Shown here: positions 10,701 through 21,454 of the stretch, piece after piece
Layout of the letters: each line of letters begins with the position of its first letter
Position numbering within the stretch: the stretch's first letter is position 1
Assembly: GCA_964553825.1 (NCBI GenBank)
Contig: CAZKLT010000001.1
Span: 126,989-190,988, forward strand
Reading direction: 5' to 3'
Length of the DNA stretch: 64,000 nucleotides
Source of the DNA: an uncultured Gammaproteobacteria bacterium
GTDB lineage: Bacteria > Patescibacteriota > Microgenomatia > UBA10105 > UBA927
Notes under the pieces: generated by a model
Databases searched by the model: none
Told to the model about the DNA's origin: nothing
What the model saw: the letters and a program-made list of their open reading frames with translations, nothing else
Program-made: the position numbers and the translations under genes

Positions 10701-11109
10701 GCTTGGAGGAAAAGCTCAGATGGGTGGACAAAGATTGGGAGAGATGGAAGTCTGGGCACTTGAGGCTCATCGGGCGGCACACGTCCTTCAGGAGATGCTG
10801 ACGATTAAATCAGATGATGTCGTCGGGCGTGCGAAAGCATTTGAAGCCATCGTAAAGGGAACGGATATTCCAGAATCCACGATACCAGAATCATTCAAAG
10901 TATTGGTGAAAGAGCTTCAGGCCTTAGGCTTGAGCGTTACTCCTACGGGAGCGGTAACGGCCAAACCCGTGGTGACGACTCCGACAGTGGCAGATGAAGC
11001 GGTGAAAAAAGAGGCGGCAGAGATAGCAAAAGCAAGCGGGCAAGAGGCAGTTATGGAAGGCTCAGCAGACATAGATGTACCGGAGAAACCGGAGGAAAAC
11101 GCTAATTAA
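7753..11109 (+). CDS. rpoB: DNA-directed RNA polymerase subunit beta
   Basis: 1118 aa with rpoB hallmarks (GKNWEL, NMQRQAVPL-like HMQCQAVPLL, GDKLAGRHGNKGV). Confidence 0.97.
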   Translation: MAKDSAKQRLYWGKDFKDLPTLDLTLVQRESYQWFLEQGIRDLITEVSPITDFTGKNWELSLGDYYFGRPRLTPAIALEKGLTFDMPLKVMATLVNKQTGHHVTQEVFLGDIPAMTENGTFIINGIERCVVNQLVRSPGIYFTGTVDSTTGKTLHSAEIRPMHGSWLEFIMTRNDVLMVRIDRRRKFVATTFLRAIGLGDNDEILSTFSEVDINKEHRYIEATLAKDPTKSHTEAVLELYRKLRPGEPIVLDNAQELLKTMFFDYRRYSLERVGRYKMNKKLNIDVINDRDHWVLTKEDIIGSIKKLIALSNGKDDVDDIDHLGNRRVRRVGELVATNAFRVGLLRLERSVREKMSLAGPTAEDLTPMQLVNARPIIASINDFFRTSQLSTILDQTNPLAEVDNLRRLTVMGTGGISRERASFSIRDINASQYGRICPVRSPEGPNIGLVTYMSLYTRINEYGFLETPYRKVEKVVQGDKTLMRVTQEVEYLDASDEQYKHITHAGIEVNEDGYIVDERIPVRYKGEFLEADASVVEYIDVVPRQVVGAPASLIPFLAHDEANRALMGTHMQCQAVPLLMPQSPVVGTGMEAPISQTMGRVVRAREDGIVKYADGARVVFEGHDGQEQTYTLAKYSRSAQSTCYNQRVMVATGDKVKKGQVLVEGPASEDGELALGANVAIAYMSFDGLGYEDAIVISDRLVKEDVLTSVHIEEYEASVVDTKLGPEETTRDIPNVGEEALRNLDENGIVVVGAEVSPNDILVGKIAPKGETELTAEERLLRAIFGEKAREVRDTSLRVPHGERGTVIEVKILDKEKGDELEPGTNRKIIVKVAQMRKVVVGDKLAGRHGNKGVISKVVPQSDMPYLSDGTVVDVIISPLSVLSRMNLGQLLEAHLGLAALKLNEKISLPVFENVKEDRITEKLKEAGVPVSGKSELFDGRTGEPYKEPVVVGVGYILKLIHMVEDKTHARSTGPYSLVTQQPLGGKAQMGGQRLGEMEVWALEAHRAAHVLQEMLTIKSDDVVGRAKAFEAIVKGTDIPESTIPESFKVLVKELQALGLSVTPTGAVTAKPVVTTPTVADEAVKKEAAEIAKASGQEAVMEGSADIDVPEKPEENAN

Positions 11110-11117
11110 TAAAATTT

Positions 11118-14100
11118 ATGGATAAAAAACAATCATTTGCCAATATCGTTGATTTTTCCGGATTGAAGATTACCCTCGCTTCATCGGAAGACATAAAAGC
11201 TTGGTCACACGGCGAAGTCACCAAGCCGGAGACGATTAATTATCGTACCCTTAAGCCCGAAAAAGACGGATTGTTTGACGAGCGTATTTTCGGACCGACA
11301 AAAGATTGGGAATGTTATTGCGGAAAGTATAAGAGAATCCGGTACCGTGGTATTGTCTGCGACAAGTGTGGCGTGGAGGTAACACAAAGCAAGGTCCGCC
11401 GCGAAAGAATGGGCCATATTGGCCTCGTAGCGCCGGTAGCACATGTGTGGTTTTTCAAAGGCGCACCGTCCCGTTTGTCACTTCTTTTGGATATCAGTCC
11501 GCGTGCACTTGAGGAAGTTATTTACTTCGCCCAATACTTGGTGACAAAAGTAGATGACGCTAAAAAGAAAGAAGTTATCGAAAAACTCGTCAAATCCGGT
11601 GAGGCTCGTATTGAAGACGTTGAGAAACGATTGAAAGAGGAAAAAGCCAAGAAACACGATCAATTTGTCGGGGAAAAAGCTACCGTGAAAGAGAAGGTAA
11701 ACGGAGCAGAAGCAAAGGACCTAGCCGTTTCTGAACTGACCCTGAAAGAGCGTCAGGAAGTGACGGGGATGGAAGATCAGGCGGAAAAAGAGAAAGAGAA
11801 GATTACGGAGATCATGGATTCTCTGGTTGCGATTGTAAAAGCAATTAAACCGCTTCACACACTTACCGAAGATGAGTATTTAAGGCTTCTGGAGTACGAC
11901 GCAGTTGAGTGTTTTGAGGTTGGCATGGGTGCCGAAGCCATCGAAGAAGTGATAAAGAAAATTGACCTCGACAAGCTAGCAGCTGAACTTCGTGAAGAGA
12001 TTCAGAATACGAGTGGTCAGCGTCATATCAAAGCAACGAAGCGGTTGAGAGTCGTTGACGGCATGCGAAAAGCTGTAATTAATCCGTCCTGGATGATTCT
12101 GTCAAACCTGCCGGTAATCCCGCCAGACCTTCGACCTATGGTCCAGCTGACTGGTGGACGATTTGCGACAAGTGACTTGAATGATTTGTACCGCCGCGTT
12201 ATCAACAGGAATAATCGTCTCAAGCATCTTATGGATCTCGGTGCGCCGGAGATTATTTTACGCAATGAAAAGCGCATGCTTCAGGAAGCTGTTGATAGCT
12301 TGATTGACGTTACCCAGCGCCCAAGTTCACGCGCTGTCATAGCACCGCTTCGATCACTTTCTGACATGCTTCGCGGAAAGCAGGGACGGTTCCGTCAGAA
12401 TCTGTTAGGGAAGCGCGTTGATTATTCTGGCCGATCCGTTATCGTTGTGGGGCCTGAGCTGAATCTTACGCAATGCGGTTTACCCAAAGAAATGGCGCTT
12501 GAAATGTTCAAGCCCTTTGTCCTGCGCGAGCTTATCGTACGGGGAATTGCCCCAAACGTGAAGAATGCGAAGAACGTACTGGAGAGAAGGACACCTGAAG
12601 TTTTTGATATCCTCGAAGAGATTACCAAAAATCATCCGGTGCTTCTTAACCGCGCACCGACGCTTCACAAGTTGGGTATTCAGGCATATTACCCGATTCT
12701 TATTGAGGGAGCAGCTATTCGTATCCATCCGTGTGTTTGTGCCGGATATAACGCTGATTTTGACGGAGATCAGATGGCTGTTCATATCCCGCTTTCCAAG
12801 GAAAGTCAGCATGAAGCTGTTCACTTGATGCTTCCGACACATAACCTTTTGAAGCCGGCAGACGGATCACCGATTACTGTTCCAAACAAGGAAATGGTAC
12901 TTGGATGTTACTATCTCACCACGCTTGAAGTCGCCTCGGGGGATGTCGATGAAAGTACATTGCGTTCCTTTGGGGATGAGCACGACATGATATTTGCGTA
13001 TCAGTCAGGCAAACTTCCGCTCCGCGCGGCTGTCCGACTGAAGGTAAACGGAGAATGGATTGTTACATCCGTTGGTCGCGTCATGTTCAATGAAATATTG
13101 CCTTCTGAATTGCGCTTCATGAATACACCGGTCAAAGCGGCATCAATCAAGGCTATTATCACGAAGGCGCTGAATTTTTACTCCAAGGAAGAGGTTGTTG
13201 GTATTATTGATGCAATCAAGAATGTTGGATTTATGGGAGCAACCCTTTGTGGCGGACTGTCTGTCTCAGTATTCGATTGCGTGATGGTCGAAGAAAAGCA
13301 AACGATCGTGAAAGAGGCAGAAGAAAAGGTAAAGGAAGTGGACCAGAACTATCAGCAAGGACTTATTACGCTTGAAGAAAAGAAGCGTTTGTCCAACGAA
13401 ATCTGGATCGAGGTTACCGAAAGAATTGCCGATGTTACCTGGCAGAGAATGAAAGCAGATAATCCGGTGAAGATGATTATCGATTCCGGAGGAGCGCGTG
13501 CTTCCAAGGATCAGTTGAAACAGCTTTCTGCTATTAAAGGATTGGTCGTTGATCCGTTGGGTAAAATCGTGGAACTTCCGACGAAGAGTAACTACCGTGA
13601 AGGTCTTTCGATCTTTGAATACGTGACAAGTACCCGTGGATCCCGGAAAGGACTTACCGACTCAGCGCTCAAGACCGCTGATGCCGGATATCTGACCCGC
13701 CGGTTGGTCGATGTTTCCCATGACATGATCATCCGCCAGGAGGATTGCGGCACGTCTGAAGGCTGGGAAGTGAAACGACGTGAAGATCGTCAGGCCTCTT
13801 TCGTTTCACGGGTTATCAGCAGATTTGCTGCAGTAGACGTGGTTGCCCCGGGAAGCAAGAAAGTCCTTATCGCGGCAGGAGAAGAGATTACTGAAGAAAA
13901 CGGCAAGCTTCTCGATGAGCATGGTGTTGAGTCAGTCATGGTCCGGTCACCCATCAGCTGTCAGGCGCCGGTTGGTATGTGCGCCAAATGTTACGGTCGT
14001 GATTTCTCAACGAATGCGCATGTGCAGCTTGGTACACCTGTTGGCGTTATCGCTGCGCAATCCATCGGAGAGCCCGGAACACAGTTGACAATGCGTGTCA

Positions 14101-14840
14101 GACACGCCGGAGGTATCGTCGGACTGGATGTTACTCAAGGCTTGCCCCGTGTGGAAGAGCTTTTCGAATCTCGAACGCCACGCGTGCTTTCACCGATTGC
14201 GGAAATTGCAGGAAAAGTTGAAGTAGCGGAGACAGAGCAGGGATATCAGGTCCGTGTGCGTAATACCGCGATGAAACCGCCGGAAGAGCGTGAGTACGTT
14301 ATTCCTCTTACAAGTGAATTGAAAGTGAAAGAGGGTGAGTTGGTTGCCGCCGGAGATCAGTTGGCCAGCGGATACCTTGATCTAAAAGAAGTCCTGTTGG
14401 TTCGGGGTCTTCGCGGAACACAGAAGTATCTTATCACGGAAATTCAGCGTGTGTATGAATCACAGGGTATTCAGATCTCGGATAAGCATTTCGAGGTCAT
14501 AGTCAGAAAAATGAGCGACAAGGTGCGCATCGATACGTCAGGCGATACGATGCTGCTTCCGGGAGAATTGGTTGATCGTATGCGCTTCCAGGAAGTGAAC
14601 GCCCGGGTACTGGCAGAAGGCGGAGAACCCGCAACCGCACAGATTACCATGCTCGGTATAACGCGCGCATCCTTGTTTACCGAATCATGGCTTTCGGCTG
14701 CGTCATTCCAGGAAACCACCAACGTTCTTACCGATGCGGCACTTTCAGCAAAAGAAGATAAGTTGCTGGGTCTCAAAGAAAACGTTATAATCGGCAGACT
14801 CATTCCGGTAGGTCCGGAACGGGCAAAAATTCAAAGCTAA
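11118..14840 (+). CDS. rpoC: DNA-directed RNA polymerase subunit beta'
   Basis: 1240 aa. Zn-finger CxxC..CxxC near the N-terminus and the NADFDGDQM catalytic motif. Confidence 0.97.
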   Translation: MDKKQSFANIVDFSGLKITLASSEDIKAWSHGEVTKPETINYRTLKPEKDGLFDERIFGPTKDWECYCGKYKRIRYRGIVCDKCGVEVTQSKVRRERMGHIGLVAPVAHVWFFKGAPSRLSLLLDISPRALEEVIYFAQYLVTKVDDAKKKEVIEKLVKSGEARIEDVEKRLKEEKAKKHDQFVGEKATVKEKVNGAEAKDLAVSELTLKERQEVTGMEDQAEKEKEKITEIMDSLVAIVKAIKPLHTLTEDEYLRLLEYDAVECFEVGMGAEAIEEVIKKIDLDKLAAELREEIQNTSGQRHIKATKRLRVVDGMRKAVINPSWMILSNLPVIPPDLRPMVQLTGGRFATSDLNDLYRRVINRNNRLKHLMDLGAPEIILRNEKRMLQEAVDSLIDVTQRPSSRAVIAPLRSLSDMLRGKQGRFRQNLLGKRVDYSGRSVIVVGPELNLTQCGLPKEMALEMFKPFVLRELIVRGIAPNVKNAKNVLERRTPEVFDILEEITKNHPVLLNRAPTLHKLGIQAYYPILIEGAAIRIHPCVCAGYNADFDGDQMAVHIPLSKESQHEAVHLMLPTHNLLKPADGSPITVPNKEMVLGCYYLTTLEVASGDVDESTLRSFGDEHDMIFAYQSGKLPLRAAVRLKVNGEWIVTSVGRVMFNEILPSELRFMNTPVKAASIKAIITKALNFYSKEEVVGIIDAIKNVGFMGATLCGGLSVSVFDCVMVEEKQTIVKEAEEKVKEVDQNYQQGLITLEEKKRLSNEIWIEVTERIADVTWQRMKADNPVKMIIDSGGARASKDQLKQLSAIKGLVVDPLGKIVELPTKSNYREGLSIFEYVTSTRGSRKGLTDSALKTADAGYLTRRLVDVSHDMIIRQEDCGTSEGWEVKRREDRQASFVSRVISRFAAVDVVAPGSKKVLIAAGEEITEENGKLLDEHGVESVMVRSPISCQAPVGMCAKCYGRDFSTNAHVQLGTPVGVIAAQSIGEPGTQLTMRVRHAGGIVGLDVTQGLPRVEELFESRTPRVLSPIAEIAGKVEVAETEQGYQVRVRNTAMKPPEEREYVIPLTSELKVKEGELVAAGDQLASGYLDLKEVLLVRGLRGTQKYLITEIQRVYESQGIQISDKHFEVIVRKMSDKVRIDTSGDTMLLPGELVDRMRFQEVNARVLAEGGEPATAQITMLGITRASLFTESWLSAASFQETTNVLTDAALSAKEDKLLGLKENVIIGRLIPVGPERAKIQS

Positions 14841-14842
14841 CT

Positions 14843-15280
14843 ATGCCTACAGTAAATCAACTTATCAGAAAAGGGCGACACAGTAAGGCGAAGAAAATAA
14901 AAGCAACCGCACTGCGGAAGTTTTTTAATGCCAAGGACCGGGCGACGAGTCAGTTGCCATCACCGTTTAAGCGGGGAGTGGTTACTCTCGTAAAGACCAT
15001 GACGCCGAAGAAACCAAACTCAGCATTGCGCAAGGTCGCTCGCGTGCGGCTTTCGAACAAACAGGAAGTGACGGCGTACATTCCCGGTATTGGTCATGAA
15101 TTGACAGAGCATGCGATTGTGTTGGTACGTGGTGGCCGCGTCCCTGATCTACCCGGTGTGAAATATCATATCGTTCGTGGGAAATATGATTCATCAGGTG
15201 TTGCAACGCGAAAGCAAGGGCGCAGCAGATATGGTGCGAAAGCCGGTAGCACTGGTCCTGCGGCTGCCGCAGCGAACTAA
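14843..15280 (+). CDS. rpsL: 30S ribosomal protein S12 with Ala/Gly-rich C-terminal extension
   Basis: [12 protein letters not shown]...PNSALRKV...[12 protein letters not shown]. It is about 20 aa longer than typical S12. Confidence 0.95.
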   Translation: MPTVNQLIRKGRHSKAKKIKATALRKFFNAKDRATSQLPSPFKRGVVTLVKTMTPKKPNSALRKVARVRLSNKQEVTAYIPGIGHELTEHAIVLVRGGRVPDLPGVKYHIVRGKYDSSGVATRKQGRSRYGAKAGSTGPAAAAAN

Positions 15281-15286
15281 TAGTCT

Positions 15287-15763
15287 ATGAGCAGATCAAA
15301 GAAAGTTACCAAACAAGTGATAATTGCCGATCCCATATACGGAAATCGGCTTTTAATGCGTTTTATTAACCGGGTTATGAGAGATGGAAAAAAACGGGTT
15401 GCAGAAGGCGTGGTCTATAGCGCGCTTGAGACCATTAAGGAAAAGGGCGAGGATCCAGTGAAAGTTTTTGAGAACGCCATTAACAGCGTTGGTCCAAAGA
15501 TGGAGGTCCGTTCACGACGCGTTGGCGGAGCATCATATCAGGTTCCTACCGAGGTCAGAGGCGATCGTCGGATCGCGCTCGCTATCCGGTGGATAATTCA
15601 GTTCGCTGGGAAAAGATCAAACAAGGATTTTAAGAGTTTCGCCGAAAAACTTGCTGCAGAACTTACTGATGCGGCTGCAGGACAAGGTGAATCGATTAAA
15701 AAACGGGATGCGGTTCATCGCATGGCCGAGGCTAACCGTGCATTTGCTCACTTTAAGTGGTAA
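15287..15763 (+). CDS. rpsG: 30S ribosomal protein S7
   Basis: The S7 family sequence and its position after rpsL. Confidence 0.95.
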   Translation: MSRSKKVTKQVIIADPIYGNRLLMRFINRVMRDGKKRVAEGVVYSALETIKEKGEDPVKVFENAINSVGPKMEVRSRRVGGASYQVPTEVRGDRRIALAIRWIIQFAGKRSNKDFKSFAEKLAAELTDAAAGQGESIKKRDAVHRMAEANRAFAHFKW

Positions 15764-15800
15764 TTCGTAAACGTAGTCTCCTCCTGCCATATCTTTCCCC

Positions 15801-16832
15801 ATGAGCCGCAGAGAGCGCGTTTCTCCAGGAAGAAAAATTTCCCGCAGAGATAGTATGAAGGTGATTTGGCATTATCTGAAGGCAGGCGCTATCGTATATG
15901 GAGCAGCACGGCTGGGTGTGGATTTTGCCGTTGGTGTGCCGGAAGTCCGGGATACATTCGTGGCAGAGCCGTATCAGCCAGGCTGGTTGGAGACGAGGAA
16001 TCCGGAGCGCCCTGCATTTATTGATCCCAATGATTTCGGTGAAAAGAAATATCTCCGCTATATGGCAATGCACGATCCGCTCCTATCACGTACGCATGCT
16101 CGTGCTTTTGCCCAATCCATGAAGAACGAAAAAAAATCAGTTTCGCTCCGGGAGGGCTATGAGCGACATCTCGGGCACGCGTATGAAGAAATGAAGTATA
16201 CGTCCGCCAAGCTTGAGGATGTCGTTCAGGCGTCGCTTTTTACGTATGCATCGCTCCATAGCAGCTTTTATACGGTAGGAGACGTGTATACGGCATTTGG
16301 CGTTTATGATGATCTCCGGCATCCATTGCCGGATGAGATTTTTGACGTTTCGGTGTATAGAGGGAATATTCCGCATCTGTTTGATGGCGAGAGTAACAAT
16401 GACGAGAGTAAGATACAGCATTTTGCTGGATTTTCGTTTTTGACGTACACGTATGCCCATGCCCGCGCGTTGGGTTTGCCGGAGGCAACCACGGTGCCGC
16501 GATTGGCTAAATTTGTCGCATCGATTGGACCCGAGGCGGTAGATGAGGGGGTACTGTTTGCGACCACTGGCGAGCTAAAATGGGAACATTGGGAAACAAG
16601 CAGGTGGATTAATCGGATTATACGAAATCGCCGATATGAACCTCCGAATGAAGGATTTTTTGAACCGGGATTTAATACCGATATGCTGGCGAGCCTTATG
16701 GGAATTGAATTCGGCAGGCGGCTCTATTCTGAAGCCAGACAGGGAAGTGATATCCGTGCGATTGTCGGTGCTCTTGACCGGCCGTTGGAGCTTGTGACTC
16801 CGGAAGCCCTTACGCTTTTCCCAGTTGAGTAG
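15801..16832 (+). CDS. Hypothetical protein (orphan) inserted directly downstream of rpsG
   Basis: 343-aa ORF (alternative start MKVIW at 15855) with no recognisable domain. Its 3' end overlaps the convergent flavodoxin gene by about 20 nt. Confidence 0.45.
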   Translation: MSRRERVSPGRKISRRDSMKVIWHYLKAGAIVYGAARLGVDFAVGVPEVRDTFVAEPYQPGWLETRNPERPAFIDPNDFGEKKYLRYMAMHDPLLSRTHARAFAQSMKNEKKSVSLREGYERHLGHAYEEMKYTSAKLEDVVQASLFTYASLHSSFYTVGDVYTAFGVYDDLRHPLPDEIFDVSVYRGNIPHLFDGESNNDESKIQHFAGFSFLTYTYAHARALGLPEATTVPRLAKFVASIGPEAVDEGVLFATTGELKWEHWETSRWINRIIRNRRYEPPNEGFFEPGFNTDMLASLMGIEFGRRLYSEARQGSDIRAIVGALDRPLELVTPEALTLFPVE

Positions 16833-17280
16833 CAAGTACGTCAGCCCATGCATTGATGGCTTCCATGTGCTTGGACTGATCAGAGAAGTATTTATCTATA
16901 CGAAGCGATGGAGTGACAAGTTTCCCCTTTACGGTTTTGACTAATTCTTCCAGATGATCCACCGCACCGCAAAAATGGGTATATGAAGAATCTCCGAGTC
17001 CAAATATAGCAAATGGTTTCTCATCAAGCGGCATGGATTTGAGTTTTTCAATAAGCGGCACATAATCTTCATGCGGCATCCCTTCCATACCGTTGAAATC
17101 CCAGCTGGGGGACCCCAGGACAACGGCGGGTGCCGTCTTAATATCATCCGGAGATGTTTCCATCACCTGTTTTATCGTTACTTGGTGGCCTGCAGCTGTA
17201 AGTTTGTCGGCAACCGCCTGCGCGGTCATCATTGTCGTGCCGGAGTTAGTAGCGTACACTAGAAGAATCTGCATGCTCAT
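16810..17280 (-). CDS. Short-chain flavodoxin
   Basis: N-terminal MQILLVYATNSGTTMMTAQAV FMN phosphate-binding loop and about 155-aa length. The start is taken at an internal Met (MSMQ). Confidence 0.7.
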   Translation of the reverse strand: MSMQILLVYATNSGTTMMTAQAVADKLTAAGHQVTIKQVMETSPDDIKTAPAVVLGSPSWDFNGMEGMPHEDYVPLIEKLKSMPLDEKPFAIFGLGDSSYTHFCGAVDHLEELVKTVKGKLVTPSLRIDKYFSDQSKHMEAINAWADVLATQLGKA

Positions 17281-17282
17281 CA

Positions 17283-17933
17283 TTGTATGATGGATTACTA
17301 TGCGATTCAAGTATGAAGAATGTTGTTAAAGCTCACTTCCGACGAACAGATCCCATACTTTTTGCCGCACTGAGTCGTCTGGGTTCTTCAACCGGTTCTC
17401 TGAATCCACGAATGACGACGGATTATTTTGCTGATTTGTGTGAAGCAATTATCAATCAGCAATTATCCGAAAAAGCAGGCGCAACCATATTCAGACGATT
17501 TAAATCACTCTTCATAGGCGGCAAAATTACTCCACAAAAGGTAGTACGTCTTAGCGATCAGTCTATTCGTGATATCGGCGCATCGTGGTCCAAGGTGGGA
17601 TTTATTAAAGATCTGGCAGTCAAGGTATATAAGAACGAGATAGAGCTACAGACACTTACCTCATTGCCTGATGATCAGGTTATTCAAAGACTTACCTCAA
17701 TAAAGGGGATAGGTCCGTGGACGGCAGAAATGTTTCTCATGTTTAGTCTTGGACGTGAAGACATATTTTCATATGGGGATGTTGGTCTTCGTCGTGCCAT
17801 ACAGAGGTTGTATTCATTCAAAAAAGAACCCACGCAGCAGCAAATTAGAAAACTCGAAATAAAATGGATACCGTACCGGACATACGCGTGTCGGATTCTT
17901 TGGAGAACTCTGGACGTCGTTGAGGTACAATAG
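17283..17933 (+). CDS. alkA: HhH-GPD DNA glycosylase, AlkA-like (DNA-3-methyladenine glycosylase II)
   Basis: IKGIGPWTAEMFLMFSLGREDIFSYGDVGLRRAI helix-hairpin-helix/GPD motif with the catalytic Asp. An alternative start is MKNVV at 17313. Confidence 0.7.
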   Translation: MYDGLLCDSSMKNVVKAHFRRTDPILFAALSRLGSSTGSLNPRMTTDYFADLCEAIINQQLSEKAGATIFRRFKSLFIGGKITPQKVVRLSDQSIRDIGASWSKVGFIKDLAVKVYKNEIELQTLTSLPDDQVIQRLTSIKGIGPWTAEMFLMFSLGREDIFSYGDVGLRRAIQRLYSFKKEPTQQQIRKLEIKWIPYRTYACRILWRTLDVVEVQ

Positions 17934-18309
17934 CTTCATGAAACCAGCAGTAATCGGATTTCTTATTCTTGTGGCGGGGATCCTATATGTTGGGCCGTAT
18001 GTGAATCGCCAAAAGGCATGTTACGATGGGTCAATGCGATCAATTAACGATATTAAATACGAAGTTGCCTCCCGTTCGATACCTAAGGAATCGGTGTGTG
18101 AAAAACGACTCGTTGTTCTGGAAAGCCTAGAGAGTTGTCTGCGTGCCGCTACCGGTTCCGGGCAGCTTATATCGATTTCCTACCCACTCATTGAAGGATC
18201 GCTTTCTCTCGTCCGACCAGTGGGTCAAAACGTCCAATCGCTGAAAGGGGAGCATAACCTGGAATGCGAAGAGTTTCCTGATTTTCGTACTGATACCGTC
18301 ATCCAATAA
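17920..18309 (+). CDS. Hypothetical membrane-anchored protein
   Basis: N-terminal TM helix (MKPAVIGFLILVAGILYV, likely start 17938). No known domain. Confidence 0.35.
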   Translation: MRYNSFMKPAVIGFLILVAGILYVGPYVNRQKACYDGSMRSINDIKYEVASRSIPKESVCEKRLVVLESLESCLRAATGSGQLISISYPLIEGSLSLVRPVGQNVQSLKGEHNLECEEFPDFRTDTVIQ

Positions 18310-18336
18310 TTGCAGCGGTATCGTATACTAGGGTAG

Positions 18337-18534
18337 ATGGGTAACCTACTTCTTCTGGTTGGATTCATTTTTATTCTTTCCGGAATACTCGTCAATGTGG
18401 TGCCGCAGCTAAAGTTGCCCCTCCTTCCCGGGGATGTTTTTGTTCAAAAAGAAGGATTTACCCTCTATATTCCGTTTACCTCCTCAATACTTTTGAGTAT
18501 TATTATTACCGTCGTGTTACGATTTTTACGGTGA
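18337..18534 (+). CDS. DUF2905-family small membrane protein
   Basis: 65 aa with two TM helices and the LPGDVFVQKEGFTLYIPFTSSILLSI pattern typical of DUF2905. Confidence 0.55.
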   Translation: MGNLLLLVGFIFILSGILVNVVPQLKLPLLPGDVFVQKEGFTLYIPFTSSILLSIIITVVLRFLR

Positions 18535-19724
18535 GAAAAATAGTATCTATCATGGCACTTCTTGTTATAGCCGGTATATTTTGGGGCAGCATGTTTCTCT
18601 ACCGGAATTTTCGTGGGGCGGGACCGGCAGTTAATCCACCGGTTCGGGATATCGCGCAGCTGATTTCCGGGCAGAAGCCAAAAGAAGCAGAGAACACAAC
18701 CGGACTGCCCATAACGTTGCCAAGCGGATTTTCCATTTCGATTTTTGCCAAAAATCTGGATAACCCTCGGGTTTTAGTATGGGATCCGGCGGGAACATTA
18801 TTAGTAAGCATTCCCTCTCAAGGAAAAGTAGTAGCGCTTCCGGATGCAAATGGCGACGGAGCGTCCGATGAAACGAAAATTGTTATTGAAGGCTTGAATC
18901 GTCCGCACGGACTTGCGTTTCATGATGGCAGATTATTTATCGCGGAGACAGGGTCGGTTATCTCATATTCCTATGATGCCCAAAGAAAGCGAGCTTCTGA
19001 CGGAAGAAAAATAGTGGATCTTCCGGTCGGAGGAAATCATTTCAGCCGAACCATCGGGTTTGGTCCTGATGGTCGACTGTATATTTCTGTCGGATCGTCC
19101 TGTAACGTGTGTGTTGAGAAGGATTGGCGACGAGCCAAAATGCTGGTAGCAAATGCCGATGGGACGGGATTGCGGGAGTATGCGCGGGGTCTTCGCAACA
19201 GCGTGTTTTTTGTTTGGCACCCAGTAACCAAAGCGCTTTGGGCCACAGATATGGGTCGTGATTTATTAGGTGACAATTTGCCACCGGAGGAAGTGAATAT
19301 TGTCGAAGACGGTAAAGATTACGGATGGCCTTATTGTTATTTTAACCGGGTGCATGATGATTCGTTTGATCCGCAGGGGCAACAATCCTGTGAAACTACA
19401 GTTGCACCACATATAACTTTTCAGGCTCATTCTGCGCCGCTTGGATTGGCATTTATCCCGGACAGTTGGCCTGCCGAGTATCGTGGTGATTTGCTCGTCG
19501 CATATCATGGTTCATGGAACCGTTCAGTGCCGACGGGGTATAAAATAGCCCGATTCGATTTGGACGACCAGTATCGATCGATCAGTGAGTCCGAGTTTTT
19601 GGCAGGATTTCTTGAGGGAAATGGCGCACTTGGTAGGCCCGTTGATCTTTTATTTGATACGCAGGGGAACCTCTTCGTTACGGATGACAAGTCTGGCACT
19701 GTCTATCGTATCAGCCAAAGGTAA
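18531..19724 (+). CDS. PQQ-dependent soluble sugar (glucose/sorbosone) dehydrogenase, beta-propeller, membrane-anchored
   Basis: N-terminal TM anchor. Motifs GLNRPHGLAFHDGRLFIAETG, YISVGSSCNVC and DYGWPYCY are typical of the SGL/GDH-B aldose sugar dehydrogenase family. Confidence 0.75.
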   Translation: MRKIVSIMALLVIAGIFWGSMFLYRNFRGAGPAVNPPVRDIAQLISGQKPKEAENTTGLPITLPSGFSISIFAKNLDNPRVLVWDPAGTLLVSIPSQGKVVALPDANGDGASDETKIVIEGLNRPHGLAFHDGRLFIAETGSVISYSYDAQRKRASDGRKIVDLPVGGNHFSRTIGFGPDGRLYISVGSSCNVCVEKDWRRAKMLVANADGTGLREYARGLRNSVFFVWHPVTKALWATDMGRDLLGDNLPPEEVNIVEDGKDYGWPYCYFNRVHDDSFDPQGQQSCETTVAPHITFQAHSAPLGLAFIPDSWPAEYRGDLLVAYHGSWNRSVPTGYKIARFDLDDQYRSISESEFLAGFLEGNGALGRPVDLLFDTQGNLFVTDDKSGTVYRISQR

Positions 19725-21450
19725 ATGCGAAAACTTCAACATTGGCATCCAGGAAATTGAGCTCAAGAATGTGTTGCCCCGGAGCGTCGAGCTTAATGAG
19801 TTTATAGAGACGATCACTTTCAACGATGACCGTTCCCTGGGTTACATCGACTCCAGCGGTTTGAGAGTTTACGATCGTTCCATCAAGAGAAACTGATACT
19901 TCGCCTGATGTTCCTTGTTTGGGCCGCATCACCAGAAATACTTCTGAAGCATCAAAAGAAAGCAGGAGTGTTGAGCCTTTCTCCGGTATAGCCCGCTCGC
20001 CTCCAACAATCCATGATCCGCCGTATGCCACAGAATTAGGAGGCATTATTTTCGGTGTACTAAAGCGTACCTCTGTGTTGCGGATAATTTTTTCGGGAGA
20101 GGCAAAATGCTCCATCCGGTCGTAGCCGAGATAGAGTTCCGGGGTTCTTGAAAATACTCTATATTGGGGGTTATCCAGTTGCTCGTCTACAGATGCGCCT
20201 GTCTCTACGAGGAGTTTTTGGATCATTAACTCCGTTTCGTCGTAGTCGCCTTCACCAAAATGGGTATACCTGATTTTTCCATTTTTATCGATAAGATATT
20301 TGGCTGGCCAGTAGCGGTTTTTATATGCGTTCCATGTGGCGTAATTATTATCCTGAATCACCGGATACTCAAGCGAGAAGTCTTTGATGGCTTTCTGAAC
20401 GTTGGTTGTGGATTTTTCGAATTCAAATTCGGGTGTATGGACACCAACTATAACAAGTCCTTTGTCTTTGTATTTCGCGTGCCAATTTCTGAGGTACGGA
20501 AGTGTTCGAATACAATTTATGCACGTATATGTCCAAAAATCAACCAGGACGACCTTGCCACGTAATTCTTTCATGGTAAGAGGGGGTGAATTGAGCCACT
20601 GACCGCCAGCGATAAAATCAGGTGCGGTGCCAAGACTGTCATTCAACAGTTCGTTCATGGGCTTGCCCATATCTGCTGGATTTGTAGGATTGTTTCGCAA
20701 TGCCTCCAGAGCGTTTTTCACGAATACGTTATCCTCGATTTTTGTAAGCCCAACGCCGTAATCGGGGAATGTCGTAAGTATGTATGTTTGGAATCTCCGG
20801 TCAATGTTAAAAAACATTGAAATTGCCGTAACGATCATCAGAAGACCGAACGTTTTTTGGATTTTGGCTGTATGGCTGATAAGCCATGGTGCCCGGTTTA
20901 TGAGATTTCTCCCTCCATAGGTTATTGCGAGCATTGGAATTGCTGTGCCTAAAGAATACGCCAGTGTGATGAAAAAGGCGGAAGCCGTCACACTGCCCGT
21001 CAGCGCGAGCGATATGACTGAGGCCAGAATCGGCCCGACACACGGGGCCCAAACAAGACCAAGACTGATGCCGACGATGACGCCTCCAAAAAAGTCAGAC
21101 CCGTTTATTATTTTTCCGGATTTGGGCGATACGGCGCCAGCCAAAACCGAGAAGAGTTTTTCCATCCAGACTTGAAACGCTGGAAGCAGAAGGCTCGCTC
21201 CGAACGTAAATACGACTACAATAGCAAATTGTCTCAGCGCATCTGCGGAGAGACCGGTGATTCGTACGATGGTGGAAAGAAAAAGGGTAAAAAAGGTAAA
21301 ACTCAGGACAAATCCCGCAATAATTCCCAGGGGTCGCTTTTTGCCGCCCGTGAGCGATCCCGACAGTACGATCGGAAGAATAGGGAGTATGCATGGAGAC
21401 AGGATGGTGACGATGCCGGCTATGAATGCGAACAGTAGGAGTATGGTCAT
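19711..21450 (-). CDS. DipZ-like thiol:disulfide interchange protein (CcdA/DsbD membrane domain + TlpA-like thioredoxin + C-terminal beta domain)
   Basis: N-terminal CcdA-type TM core with Cys in TM1 (LSPCILPILP) and a second Cys (WAPCVGPIL). Central WTYTCINCIRT thioredoxin motif. About 180-aa C-terminal extension. Confidence 0.8.
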   Translation of the reverse strand: MTILLLFAFIAGIVTILSPCILPILPIVLSGSLTGGKKRPLGIIAGFVLSFTFFTLFLSTIVRITGLSADALRQFAIVVVFTFGASLLLPAFQVWMEKLFSVLAGAVSPKSGKIINGSDFFGGVIVGISLGLVWAPCVGPILASVISLALTGSVTASAFFITLAYSLGTAIPMLAITYGGRNLINRAPWLISHTAKIQKTFGLLMIVTAISMFFNIDRRFQTYILTTFPDYGVGLTKIEDNVFVKNALEALRNNPTNPADMGKPMNELLNDSLGTAPDFIAGGQWLNSPPLTMKELRGKVVLVDFWTYTCINCIRTLPYLRNWHAKYKDKGLVIVGVHTPEFEFEKSTTNVQKAIKDFSLEYPVIQDNNYATWNAYKNRYWPAKYLIDKNGKIRYTHFGEGDYDETELMIQKLLVETGASVDEQLDNPQYRVFSRTPELYLGYDRMEHFASPEKIIRNTEVRFSTPKIMPPNSVAYGGSWIVGGERAIPEKGSTLLLSFDASEVFLVMRPKQGTSGEVSVSLDGTIVNSQTAGVDVTQGTVIVESDRLYKLIKLDAPGQHILELNFLDANVEVFAFTFG

Positions 21451-21454
21451 AGTA

